Virus record (IMG/VR): IMGVR_UViG_3300045988_146822
Location: 1 to 51,263 of that record
Direction: 5' to 3' (one strand)
DNA from: a virus
DNA length: 51,263 bases
The notes beneath the pieces are model-generated. The model was not told the origin of the DNA, did no database searches, and saw only the letters and a list, made by a program, of their open reading frames with translations. Shown piece by piece: positions 32,476-41,881 of the stretch (position 1 is the first letter of the stretch; each line of letters starts with the position of its first letter). A program made the position numbers and the translations under genes.

Positions 32476-32510
32476 TCCCCTCACCTATCTTCAATGACAG
32501 TGTGAGGGGA
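32476..32510 (-). terminator. Hairpin TCCCCTCAC-17 nt-GTGAGGGGA after the endolysin gene
   Basis: 9-bp stem, followed by GTTTT on the minus strand and by a T run on the plus strand. Confidence 0.6.
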
Positions 32511-32547
32511 ATATTTTTGCAATTATGTGTTTGGTTTTGTTATGTAT

Positions 32548-33360
32548 TTATTTGATTTTCGCAGTGTAATCAAGGGCAATCCAGCCGGCACCGCTTTTGA
32601 GCTTGCCCCACTTTTTTGCGCCTGTGCCTGATTTTTCGGCTACGATTGTGTACGCTCCGCCTTTGGCAATTGAACCGCATACGGGATAGTTTGTGCCTGC
32701 ACCTTTACGGATATTCACACCGTCATTTGCGGTAATCCTGACAATGTACGGTTTAAACGCTTTTGATGTGCTCGGCTTTGATGTTGTCGGCTTCGATGTC
32801 TGCGTAGGCTTTGTTGTGCCTGATGAGCTTGCCGACTTATACTTATAGCCGAAGTATTTACACATACCCTTGCAGATTGCCTCAGCGATTGCGTTTGTGT
32901 TGTTCCTGATCCAGTTCGAGCCTGTCACGGTGTCGTGAAATTCACACTCAACATACACGGTTAATGCCTTCGGCACATTGATTTCGTAGAGGTCGGTTTT
33001 GTAGCTGACTGAATCGTCCTTGCCGGGCGAGATTGCTCCGAGGGCAGACTTTACCGCCTCGGCAGCCTTTCTGCCGTTTGAGTTCAGGCAAAACACTCTT
33101 GTACCGCCCGTATATTTGCCGTTAAAAGCGTTGGTGTGAATCGGCATATGAATGTCTGCACCGAACTTGTCCGATTCGGGACAGCGTGTCTGCATAAGCG
33201 TTCCCGACTTTGCAACCATAACCTCAAAACCGCAGCGCTTGAGAGCTTTGGCTGTTGCGGCGGCAATTTTGTCGCACTGAGCCATTTCATTTGTACCGCC
33301 CGTTGCATAGGTGTTCCTATTCTGATTTGACGGGCTGAGATAGATTCTTTTTACTGACAT
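32548..33360 (-). CDS. Endolysin: N-acetylmuramoyl-L-alanine amidase (Amidase_3-like) with C-terminal SH3b domain
   Basis: YLSPSNQ..N, IHTNAFNG and ECEFHD are metal/catalytic-type blocks. T/S/K-rich linker. The SH3b-like C-terminus reads GVNIRKGAGTNYPV...GWIALDY. Confidence 0.75.
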   Translation of the reverse strand: MSVKRIYLSPSNQNRNTYATGGTNEMAQCDKIAAATAKALKRCGFEVMVAKSGTLMQTRCPESDKFGADIHMPIHTNAFNGKYTGGTRVFCLNSNGRKAAEAVKSALGAISPGKDDSVSYKTDLYEINVPKALTVYVECEFHDTVTGSNWIRNNTNAIAEAICKGMCKYFGYKYKSASSSGTTKPTQTSKPTTSKPSTSKAFKPYIVRITANDGVNIRKGAGTNYPVCGSIAKGGAYTIVAEKSGTGAKKWGKLKSGAGWIALDYTAKIK

Positions 33361-33364
33361 AATA

Positions 33365-33814
33365 TTATTCCTCGCTTTCGTCTGTTTTTACTTCGACTGT
33401 TGTCTTTAATCTCTTGACGATTGATACCAAAAATTTTGGCAATGGGATTCCGATTTCCGAAAGGTTTTCAAGGATTGAAATTAATTCGTTGATGATAAAC
33501 CAAATCGTAACAATCATACCGATACAGTAGTTAATCCGCAGGTCGATTCCGCAGTTGACAAGTGCCGAGCTGATGAGATAGTCGGCAACAATACCGACCG
33601 CTACGGCTACGATATAACCTACCTTTTTGATAATACCTGTTACACCGACACGGCTGTTCAGCGTGTGACTGATGTATGCCTGTGCCATTCCTGTGATGTA
33701 GTCGATAATCATTACCGCAATCATCACCGCAAACGGCACAAGCAAGATGTTGAGATATGCAACGATTGCACCGCATACCGTTGCAAATAACGCCTGTAAA
33801 ATGTTTTCTTTCAT
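33365..33814 (-). CDS. Holin (Phage_holin_4_1 / LL-H-like)
   Basis: 149 aa with several TM helices. IDYITGM and GIIKKVGY blocks. Immediately upstream of the endolysin. Confidence 0.75.
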   Translation of the reverse strand: MKENILQALFATVCGAIVAYLNILLVPFAVMIAVMIIDYITGMAQAYISHTLNSRVGVTGIIKKVGYIVAVAVGIVADYLISSALVNCGIDLRINYCIGMIVTIWFIINELISILENLSEIGIPLPKFLVSIVKRLKTTVEVKTDESEE

Positions 33815-33817
33815 TGT

Positions 33818-34066
33818 TTACACCTCGCTTTCTGTCGGCTCGTCAACGGTTGGGTCTGTTCCCCATACCGTCATAACTGCATTGTAATATTCGTCAGACA
33901 GCACCGCTCTGAGCTGTTCTCTGCCCGATTTGCTGTTCATGTATGCGTTTCGGATGTTTCCGCCTACCTGCATTTCTTCACCGTTAAAGGTCAAAAACTG
34001 CTGTCTGAGTACCGACACGCTGTCCTTTGTGAGCATATCGAGTGTGATTTTTTCTTTAAGTTCCAT
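33818..34066 (-). CDS. Hypothetical protein between the tail fibre and the holin
   Basis: 82-aa ORF. Confidence 0.5.
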   Translation of the reverse strand: MELKEKITLDMLTKDSVSVLRQQFLTFNGEEMQVGGNIRNAYMNSKSGREQLRAVLSDEYYNAVMTVWGTDPTVDEPTESEV

Positions 34067-34086
34067 TTTTCATACCTCCGTTATTT

Positions 34087-34944
34087 TTATATTTTGTAAA
34101 TCAAAGAAAAGTTTACCTGCTCATCAGCGACGAAATTATAAGCCTGTTTATTGAGCGGAGTAAACTGCAGCCAAGCCGATTTGGTTACACTTCCCCTGAA
34201 CATTCCGCCGTTTTTGCTTATGCCGATATCGTGAACAATCACATCCGATTTGTTTGAAAACGGCATATTGAGCAAAGATATTGCAGATGTTCCGCCTAAA
34301 GATGTTGCGTTCATAATGACGGTGACATTTACAATAACGATATCGCCAATTTTTTCATAAAGGCAAGTTGCAGATTTTATTTTATCAATCTGAGTAGAGT
34401 ACGGAGTAAGAGTAGCTGTACCAAGTTCGATATTTGACGAATCGTATTTTGAGCCGATGCTTATATCCATACGGGTTAATCTTTCATTAAGGGGTTTGTT
34501 GTCAGCTTTTGCGTTAAGTAGAGTGTCAACCTCATCCGACGAGTAGCTGTCGGCACTATCCCAGTAGTTGTCGGTAAGATACTTGATACTCGGATAATTT
34601 TGAGTATAGTCGGTAATCTGAGAGGAATCACTTACCTTGTTTGAGTTGTCTTCTTTTTTTGCCAACAAATTTAGCATTTCGGTTTTTGTATAAGCGTTTA
34701 CAATGCCATAGCCAGCAAGAGTGCTGGTTTTATCGGCTTTTTTTGCAAGATTTGTGTCAACCGTATCAAGCCTTGCTCCGAGTGAATTATGATTACCTCT
34801 TGCCGTGGTTATTTCGGTTTCAAGTGCAATTGCTCCGTCTGTTGCCCGTTCGATTCCATCATCCATATGATTGAGGTTGTCGGCAGTCAGTGGAGTTGCT
34901 GTTGAGGGAGTATTTTCCCAGTTCATTCGTGTGTATTTGTTCAA
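34087..34944 (-). CDS. Tail fibre / receptor-binding protein
   Basis: The N-terminus (WENTPSTATPLTADNLNHMDDGIE) is typical of Firmicute phage fibre proteins. Lies after the tail tip genes. Confidence 0.6.
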   Translation of the reverse strand: MNKYTRMNWENTPSTATPLTADNLNHMDDGIERATDGAIALETEITTARGNHNSLGARLDTVDTNLAKKADKTSTLAGYGIVNAYTKTEMLNLLAKKEDNSNKVSDSSQITDYTQNYPSIKYLTDNYWDSADSYSSDEVDTLLNAKADNKPLNERLTRMDISIGSKYDSSNIELGTATLTPYSTQIDKIKSATCLYEKIGDIVIVNVTVIMNATSLGGTSAISLLNMPFSNKSDVIVHDIGISKNGGMFRGSVTKSAWLQFTPLNKQAYNFVADEQVNFSLIYKI

Positions 34945-34947
34945 TTT

Positions 34948-36240
34948 CTATTCTCCTTTCGCTGTAATTTTGTCTGTGAGTGCCTGTATGCCTGTAAGCT
35001 CTCTCGATAACACATATGATGTCACGGTTGCGGTTTGCGGAGTGCCGTCAGCGTTATATGCATAGTTGCCGTCAGCGTCGGTTACATAATATTTAATCTG
35101 TATCATATCGCCCGGTTCAACCCACAGTCTGCCGTCAAGGGTTGCCTCGATAGGCTTATAAATTTTATGGTGTATTCGCTTGCCTGTATCGCCTGAAAAC
35201 AAATTTTCAAACTTATGTATCCACGCACCGCCTGCGTTATCGTTTTCCTGCCATACAAGAATGTTATCTGTCATATCATAGGTTTTACCGCTTAAAAACT
35301 TGTAGCTACGCACCTTTGCGGTTCGTGTAGAACCTCCGATTGCAAAGTCAACAGTCCCGTATGTACCGCTTGATTTTTCGTCAGCGTTGAATGCCTCGTA
35401 AAAGTCATATTTTTCTGCTTTTGTTGTATCGGTTTCAAGGTTGATAAAAACAATGTTGCCGCCTTTTCGGTTATCGGGTTTAACAAAAGCAAACACACCG
35501 AGCATTTCCGCTGTATAATTAAGCAATTGACCGTAATTAACCTTTTCGGAATCATTAAGCCATACTTTGTTAAAAATTTTCATATTCTTAACAGTCAGAT
35601 TCTCAACCTTGTTGATAACCTCGTTAAGTAAACGGTCGGATAAAAAATGGGCGTCAGGTTGACCGCATAGGTTAGTGAATTTTTCAGAAACCATTGCCAA
35701 CAGATTATAGACCGAAATGCCGTCAGAATTGTTATTCCAGAGCTTTTGCAGAGCGTTCGTACAATCGGTTTCATAAAGTTGTGAAGTCACATCATAGGCG
35801 GTTATGCTGATTTTGTTCTGATCCGTTTTATTGACCTCGGCTTTGTCAATCATACCGTTAAAAATGCACCACGACTTTGTTGTCACGGCTTCGCCCGGAT
35901 AGAGTGTGTCGCTTGGATATAATGAACTGCTCGGCAGTATCGGAGAACCTGACGGAAAAGTTTGTGTCAGCTTAACTAAAATCCAACAACCGACAAGTTT
36001 TGAAACATCAAAGGTTCTGTCAACGGTGTTCAGCAGTCCAATCTTGAACTCAGAGGCAATGCAACCGCCAAACTTCAACTTATTTTCGTCACAAATCGAC
36101 TGTTTAAGGCTCATACTTTCGCTTTCAATGTTGGTTTCGGTGATGACATCAAACTTGCTGTCAGATGAAAAGATTTCGAGCTTGTTTGAAATCAGCTCGT
36201 TAATAATTTTCTGCTTATGCGTACTTGAAACGGATAGCAA
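34948..36240 (-). CDS. Tail-tip / baseplate hub (Tal-like) protein, by position
   Basis: 430 aa. Second gene after the tape measure. Confidence 0.5.
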   Translation of the reverse strand: MLSVSSTHKQKIINELISNKLEIFSSDSKFDVITETNIESESMSLKQSICDENKLKFGGCIASEFKIGLLNTVDRTFDVSKLVGCWILVKLTQTFPSGSPILPSSSLYPSDTLYPGEAVTTKSWCIFNGMIDKAEVNKTDQNKISITAYDVTSQLYETDCTNALQKLWNNNSDGISVYNLLAMVSEKFTNLCGQPDAHFLSDRLLNEVINKVENLTVKNMKIFNKVWLNDSEKVNYGQLLNYTAEMLGVFAFVKPDNRKGGNIVFINLETDTTKAEKYDFYEAFNADEKSSGTYGTVDFAIGGSTRTAKVRSYKFLSGKTYDMTDNILVWQENDNAGGAWIHKFENLFSGDTGKRIHHKIYKPIEATLDGRLWVEPGDMIQIKYYVTDADGNYAYNADGTPQTATVTSYVLSRELTGIQALTDKITAKGE

Positions 36241-36252
36241 TCTGTCACCCCC

Positions 36253-36669
36253 TTAATACTCAATAAAAGTGAAAGTCACGGCATTGTATATGATGTTGTT
36301 TTTGGTGATTTTCTTGACCTGATAGGTGATGTCGGGCATATAGGCGGTCATTGTGCGATATGCAAGAAGTTCATCGTCCCAATACTCGACACGGATTTTA
36401 CGCTGTTGAGAGTTGTCCCACGAACTATTCAAAGCACTTCTAATCGACTGCATTTGTGCAAGGGTGAGTTCGTCAACGGTTGTAAACTCAATTCTCGACT
36501 TGTAATTTGGCGAAGTTGTTCGGTGCAGAAGATTGTTGCTGTCACGGTATGCCTTGATTTCGGTTCTCTGGAGCGGAGTGCCGTTGTAGTTATCCTTTGC
36601 AATAAGCTCGTGCGGAAACAGCTTACCGCTCTTAGGGAACCTTATTAAATAACCTTTAAAATTTGCCAC
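36253..36669 (-). CDS. Distal tail protein (Dit-like), by position
   Basis: 138 aa. Immediately downstream of the tape measure. Confidence 0.45.
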   Translation of the reverse strand: MANFKGYLIRFPKSGKLFPHELIAKDNYNGTPLQRTEIKAYRDSNNLLHRTTSPNYKSRIEFTTVDELTLAQMQSIRSALNSSWDNSQQRKIRVEYWDDELLAYRTMTAYMPDITYQVKKITKNNIIYNAVTFTFIEY

Positions 36670-36680
36670 ATCATCATCTC

Positions 36681-39600
36681 CTAACCTAACGCACCGACAC
36701 CGTGACGCTTTTTGACTGCGTTGTTGCGTTTTACAATGTTGTTAAAAATCACTTCGCCGTCAAGATTTACAGTAAGGTTAATGTCACCGCTGTCACCTGT
36801 TGAGCCTATCTCTGCCATAGCCTCAATAAGTGCCTGTTTGATAGTTGAAATCGGCGAAACAACCTCAGCCTCACGCTTGTTATCACCGAGTACGGCAAGA
36901 AATTCACCGTAATTTGCCGGAACAACCGTGCCTGTGGCAAGTCGGGGAACCGTAATGTTAGGCAGTCCGACATTGCCGTTTACACTTCCTAACGCTTCAT
37001 AAGCAATCTTTGCCGCTGTACTCATTCCGCCTGAAATAGCACTGCCGAGACTGTTGAACGGACTAACAAAATTGTTGATAAAGCCTTCCGTTTTGCCCAA
37101 AATCGAATTAAAAGAATTTGTAAACACATTTCCCAAGCTGTCCATACATATCATAAGGTGAAGTTTCATGGAATTAATACCATTAATCAATCCTTGCATA
37201 ACATATACACCTGTTTTGTATGTTTTCTTTGACGGTGAATGACAGTCCACACCGTCTTTGCCGTTAAGAGCGTCAAGATATGTAGAGGCTGTTTCAAGAC
37301 CTTTTTTTCTAACATCTCCGATATATTCCTTGACACCTGTAGACATGCCAAAAACCATATTTTTGCCTGAATCCTTGGCAGCTTGTGTAAGATTATCCAA
37401 AGACTTCCATTGAGATTTTTGAACCTGTTCGGTGCTGATAAGACCTGCATTATATGCCATAAGGACCGCAGAGGCATCACTGTAATTACCGTTTACAACT
37501 GCCTGCATTCGCGCAAGGTCTGAACTGTTAAGCTCGAGCTGTGCCGCCTTTTCACAGGTTTCATCGTAACCTAAACTTGCTTCGTCAAGTTTGCTTTTCA
37601 GTTCTTCGTATTCATCTTTCAACTTTCCGTAAGAGGTGTTTGCTTTTCGGTCAACACTCTGTAATGTCCAAAAATCAGGAACATCTAAATTGAGATTATC
37701 ATAGTTCCATTTTTTCTTAAATTCATCAAGAGCCTGTTGCGCTTGTTTGTACTTAACAGCCGCATCACTCACGCTCTTGTTTGATTTAATCATCGCCTTT
37801 GAATTTTCTTCCATAAGGTCAGAAATTGCACTTGAACTTGCAACCTGCTTGTACTTCAAAATAAGTTTGTCAAGTTTTGTTATGATTTCATCGGTATTAC
37901 CGTTTATACGAATTTTGCCTTTATCATCTTTTGATATGTACTTATCCCAAGCTTTTTCAAATTCAGGGTACTTGTCAGAAAAATACTCGCCGATAGTTTC
38001 AAGCTCTGCCTGTTCCTCAGGGGTAAGATTAGCCTTCTTCAGCAAATCATCAAGTCGCTTTTTGTAGTTATCAATAACTCCCATATCCGCGGAAGTATTA
38101 TCAAGCGATTCTTTGATTTCGTCGCATAAAGTGCTGACATCTTCTTTACACTGATTAACTGCATCAACATAACCCTGCATTTCTTCTGTTGCCTGTTTAA
38201 ATCCGAGCTTTTCAAGTTCTTCGTCATTAGCAAGTTTAATAGCAGTCACAAGACCTGTCAGCGCACTTGCAACACCGCCTACAACAGCAAGGACAGGGTG
38301 CGTGCTAAAAACAGTAACCATACCGTCTATTGCGTTTTTTATCCTGTCTATGCCTTTTGCAATAGCTTGTGCAGTTTTAAAAATCACAAGAGCTGTGCCG
38401 AAACTGACTAATGCTCCTGCAAGCGCCTGCAAAGCGTCTGCGCTTATTGAACCTACCATTTTACCCAAAAGCTCTAACGCTCCTGCAAGGGCTTCTACAA
38501 GTTTCGGAACTGCTTCTTCAATTGTCCATTTTGCAAGTGGGAGAAGAATATTCTTGTATGCCTGTTTCAGCTTATCTCCGCAGGCTTTGAGCAAATCCCT
38601 GAACGCCTGTCCGAGGTCGGCAACAGCTGATACAAGCGGTGACAAATCAAGACTTTCAAGCCATTCAAGGCGAATCTCTGACATATCGCTCAAAAAGCCT
38701 GTGATATCTTCAACAATGCCAAGGATTGCTTCCCAAATCTTTTTGCCCGATTCATTTTTGTCCCAAGCCTGTTTGATTTTAGTCCGCAGAGTTTTGGTGT
38801 AGTTGTTGCAGTTTTTGATAATATTCAGAATATTAGTCCAAATTCTCTCACCGGTGCCGTTATTCCAAACTTTGCGAAAATCCTCTGCAATCGTATTTAC
38901 AAGTTCAAGCAAGCTGTTCCATTTGTCGATAATGGATTGCACAACCTCGTCACCAAGTCTTGCCTTATTCCAAGCCTTTGTAAACGCTCCCGAAATATCA
39001 CCGATGATATCAAAAACATTTTTCAAAAGCTGTTTGATGTTTCCGATAATCTTTTCGCCTGTGCCGTTTTTCCACACTCTCTTCCACGATTCACCGATTG
39101 AAACAAAAGCATTTTTCAGATTATTCAAGGCTCTTTTAATGCTGTCAAAAACCTTGTTTGTACGCTTTTCAATCGCTGTTGCGGCAGTATCAAGTGCGTT
39201 AACTGCGGCTTTAGAGGATTTCTTTGTGGGGCTGTTTACTGCTGTGCTGTCATCTGATGAACTGTTTTCAAGGCTCATCACATTGAGCCTGTCAAATCCT
39301 TGAAGATTGTCTTTAATTTCCTTTGTCTTTTTCGATGTTGTGGCAAGTGCAGAGTTTGCACTCTTTGTTTCATCGGTGAGGTCTGTCATTTCAGAGCTTG
39401 CGGAATTTGCGGAATTGTCGGTTGCAGATGAATAGCCGAAAACCTGTTCCGTAAAGCTTTTGAATTTTTCCGTTGCAACATCTAATTTTTCGATAAAGGA
39501 ATTAAGATTTTTTAACAGCGGAGAAAACACATTGATAAGACCTTGACCGAGTGTAGCTTTCAGGCTGTCAAGTCGGAGCTGTAAAATTCTTGTCTGATTC

Positions 39601-40298
39601 GCCCAACTGTCCTGCGTTCGGGCAAAGTCACCCGTCGCATTGGCGAGCTGGTCTTGAACAAACTTGTAACGCAATGTTACTTTTTCGGCTTCGGTCATTT
39701 TAGCTGTGGTCTTACCGTAACCGTTTGCAAGGGCATAGCTGTCAAGCGCAGTCTGTGTCATTACGATGCCTAAATCTTTTAAAGTTTCGGTTTCGCCCGA
39801 AAATACTGATTTAAGTTTTGTATAGGCTTCGTCCTGTCTGATGTTGTAGAATGAAGCAACATCGCCTGCAAGTCCTGTCAGCGTGGTTGACATATCATAG
39901 GCTTCTTTCTCTGTAAAACCGAAAGCCTCAGCCATTGAGCCGAAAGTACCGACATACCGCTTTGCCATTGTTTCGGACAAACCAAAAGAATTAGCTGCAC
40001 TTTTTGCCCACTTGTCAACCTGTTTTGTCATTGCCGGAAAAGTAACATCAACAACATTCTGCACCTCCGCAAGGTCAGAACCAAGCTCAATGCACTCTTT
40101 GCCGAAATTTGTAATTGCATAAGTGCTGAAAGCAACAGCGGCAGTCTTTGCAAAGGTCTTAAGCTGATTTTTTACCCTTTCGATTGATTTGGTAACAGTA
40201 GTATTAACCTGTGCCAAACCGCCGTTAAAATCCGATGTATCAAGTTTCGTGTCAAAATTCAGATAACCGTCAACCGCCAAATTTTCACATCCTTTCAT
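36681..40298 (-). CDS. Tail tape measure protein
   Basis: 1205 aa, alpha-helical and repetitive with hydrophobic segments. Canonical position. Confidence 0.9.
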   Translation of the reverse strand: MKGCENLAVDGYLNFDTKLDTSDFNGGLAQVNTTVTKSIERVKNQLKTFAKTAAVAFSTYAITNFGKECIELGSDLAEVQNVVDVTFPAMTKQVDKWAKSAANSFGLSETMAKRYVGTFGSMAEAFGFTEKEAYDMSTTLTGLAGDVASFYNIRQDEAYTKLKSVFSGETETLKDLGIVMTQTALDSYALANGYGKTTAKMTEAEKVTLRYKFVQDQLANATGDFARTQDSWANQTRILQLRLDSLKATLGQGLINVFSPLLKNLNSFIEKLDVATEKFKSFTEQVFGYSSATDNSANSASSEMTDLTDETKSANSALATTSKKTKEIKDNLQGFDRLNVMSLENSSSDDSTAVNSPTKKSSKAAVNALDTAATAIEKRTNKVFDSIKRALNNLKNAFVSIGESWKRVWKNGTGEKIIGNIKQLLKNVFDIIGDISGAFTKAWNKARLGDEVVQSIIDKWNSLLELVNTIAEDFRKVWNNGTGERIWTNILNIIKNCNNYTKTLRTKIKQAWDKNESGKKIWEAILGIVEDITGFLSDMSEIRLEWLESLDLSPLVSAVADLGQAFRDLLKACGDKLKQAYKNILLPLAKWTIEEAVPKLVEALAGALELLGKMVGSISADALQALAGALVSFGTALVIFKTAQAIAKGIDRIKNAIDGMVTVFSTHPVLAVVGGVASALTGLVTAIKLANDEELEKLGFKQATEEMQGYVDAVNQCKEDVSTLCDEIKESLDNTSADMGVIDNYKKRLDDLLKKANLTPEEQAELETIGEYFSDKYPEFEKAWDKYISKDDKGKIRINGNTDEIITKLDKLILKYKQVASSSAISDLMEENSKAMIKSNKSVSDAAVKYKQAQQALDEFKKKWNYDNLNLDVPDFWTLQSVDRKANTSYGKLKDEYEELKSKLDEASLGYDETCEKAAQLELNSSDLARMQAVVNGNYSDASAVLMAYNAGLISTEQVQKSQWKSLDNLTQAAKDSGKNMVFGMSTGVKEYIGDVRKKGLETASTYLDALNGKDGVDCHSPSKKTYKTGVYVMQGLINGINSMKLHLMICMDSLGNVFTNSFNSILGKTEGFINNFVSPFNSLGSAISGGMSTAAKIAYEALGSVNGNVGLPNITVPRLATGTVVPANYGEFLAVLGDNKREAEVVSPISTIKQALIEAMAEIGSTGDSGDINLTVNLDGEVIFNNIVKRNNAVKKRHGVGALG

Positions 40299-40349
40299 TT
40301 AAAAATGGGCATAAAAACAGCGCACACCGTTATGATGTACGCTAATAAA

Positions 40350-40388
40350 ATTTTGCAAAAGAACAGCCACCCCGTTTGGAGTGGCTGT
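40350..40388 (-). terminator. Intrinsic terminator after the lipoprotein gene
   Basis: ACAGCCAC-tccaaacggg-GTGGCTGT followed by TCTTTTG on the minus strand. Confidence 0.65.
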
Positions 40389-40394
40389 TTCGTT

Positions 40395-40808
40395 TTATTC
40401 AATCATTGATTTCAGCTCATCCATATGCTCTGTAACACTTGCGACTTTATCAGTGCCAAGAGAATATTTAGCCAAATCTATCTCACCGCTAATCCAACGG
40501 TCATTATCAGTTGTCGGAAGATTTTCATTCTTCAGAATATAATCACCGAGGTCATTTTCAATCTCATCGAGCTTTGCTTCTGCTTCTTCGGCAGTAAGTG
40601 TTCCGTCAACATAACTCTGCATATATTGAATGGCTTTTTTTGCTGAATTGATTGCAACATTACTGTACTTAGCCACCTCAGTTGTTACCATTTCGGAAGT
40701 TTCAGCCTTTATATCGGTGTTTGAACTGCTTTCCGCTGTTGTACCGCAGCCAACAAGCGATACTGCAAAAACTGCGGTTAATGCTAACGCTATGAGTTTT
40801 TTCATCAT
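40395..40808 (-). CDS. Secreted lipoprotein (moron inside the tail module)
   Basis: Signal peptide plus lipobox: MMKKLIALALTAVFAVSLVGC|GT. 137 aa. Confidence 0.75.
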   Translation of the reverse strand: MMKKLIALALTAVFAVSLVGCGTTAESSSNTDIKAETSEMVTTEVAKYSNVAINSAKKAIQYMQSYVDGTLTAEEAEAKLDEIENDLGDYILKNENLPTTDNDRWISGEIDLAKYSLGTDKVASVTEHMDELKSMIE

Positions 40809-40847
40809 TCATCCTCCTAAATGTTAAAACAATATAATTTTTACTTA

Positions 40848-40876
40848 ATCATACACTAACATTTAGAGAATGTCAA
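40848..40876 (-). promoter_or_regulatory. Promoter TTGACA-17-TATGAT for the lipoprotein gene
   Basis: The minus strand reads ttgaca ttctctaaatgttagtg tatgat. Confidence 0.6.
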
Positions 40877-40898
40877 CAATATGTGATAAGATACTACA

Positions 40899-41444
40899 CT
40901 ACACAAGCGAATTTATGAAGTCAAGTTCTTCTTTATCTTCTGCTGTGAGTTTGGGCTTTAGGTCGATAAGTTCTTTATGTTCGCTGTAAAAATCCCGTTC
41001 GGTTTTGTCGAGCTTTTTATGCTTTGCCTTTTTGGTGCGTATTGAAATCACCTGTGTAAACAAGCCGTCGCCCACTTCATTGAACAAGCCGAGAAAAGTC
41101 CACCAGTGCATATAACCGACTGTGCGTGTTTCCGCTCCTGCAACCTTATTGAGAGCAGGGAAGATTATATGTCCGTCCTGTTCCCAATCAAGCACACGGA
41201 CGGGGAGCTGTTTGCCCTGCGGAATATCTCCGCCGTCAAGATACCAAGTTGCCCTGTCAAGTGCCTTTTGGTAATTTTCGGGAATCTCCTTGTAAAGGCA
41301 CTCGACACACACTCGGCATTTTTCAAAATCGTTCAGATCATCGTCTGCATAGGCTTTGAAAATCAGCAGAGCAACACGGAAGTCGGAATTGATTTCGTAG
41401 TTTCTGCCGTCAACCTCAAGGCTTTTCGGCAGTAATTCAATCAC
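40899..41444 (-). CDS. Gp15-like tail assembly protein (possible T part of a G/GT chaperone pair)
   Basis: 181 aa. GTG start overlaps the upstream stop. Position between the chaperone and the tape measure. Confidence 0.55.
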   Translation of the reverse strand: MIELLPKSLEVDGRNYEINSDFRVALLIFKAYADDDLNDFEKCRVCVECLYKEIPENYQKALDRATWYLDGGDIPQGKQLPVRVLDWEQDGHIIFPALNKVAGAETRTVGYMHWWTFLGLFNEVGDGLFTQVISIRTKKAKHKKLDKTERDFYSEHKELIDLKPKLTAEDKEELDFINSLV

Positions 41445-41860
41445 TTTTTCACCTGTGAAGTGTATTTGCCGACTTTCTTATTGGAAATTTTCTGTGCCGA
41501 TTCAAAATCAGCCTGCATAACAGGAATAAGCACTTCAAGGAAGTTTTCAAAAATCGGCTTACCGCCCGCAAGTGAAAGACAGTTAATTTCACCAAAGGCA
41601 ACCGTGCAGACATCCGAACCGAAAATGTAGTTAATCTGTTCTCTGATGTCCTTGTCACACTCGGTGATAAGCTGAATTGCGTCTGTGTTTTCAGCTTTTT
41701 CAGCGTTTTCATACTTCTTCTGAATCTGCTCAATATTCTTGACTGCCTCGTTGAGCCTTGCAAGAATGCCAACATCCGCGGTATTGATACGGATTACTGC
41801 GTTTTCGTCATCGCCAATCTGATACTCCTTGTAACCTCTGTCAAAAACAAGTTTCTGCAT
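41441..41860 (-). CDS. Tail assembly chaperone (G-like)
   Basis: 139 aa, acidic. Directly downstream of the major tail protein gene. Confidence 0.6.
   Translation of the reverse strand: MQKLVFDRGYKEYQIGDDENAVIRINTADVGILARLNEAVKNIEQIQKKYENAEKAENTDAIQLITECDKDIREQINYIFGSDVCTVAFGEINCLSLAGGKPIFENFLEVLIPVMQADFESAQKISNKKVGKYTSQVKK
41444..41450 (-). other. Candidate -1 programmed frameshift site G_AAA_AAG at the end of the chaperone ORF
   Basis: The minus strand reads cag gtg aaa aag tga. A -1 slip after AAG reads gtg att gaa..., exactly the frame of 40899..41444. An AGGTGA element lies 1 nt upstream. Confidence 0.4.
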
Positions 41861-41881
41861 AAATCAATCCCTCCCCAAAGA

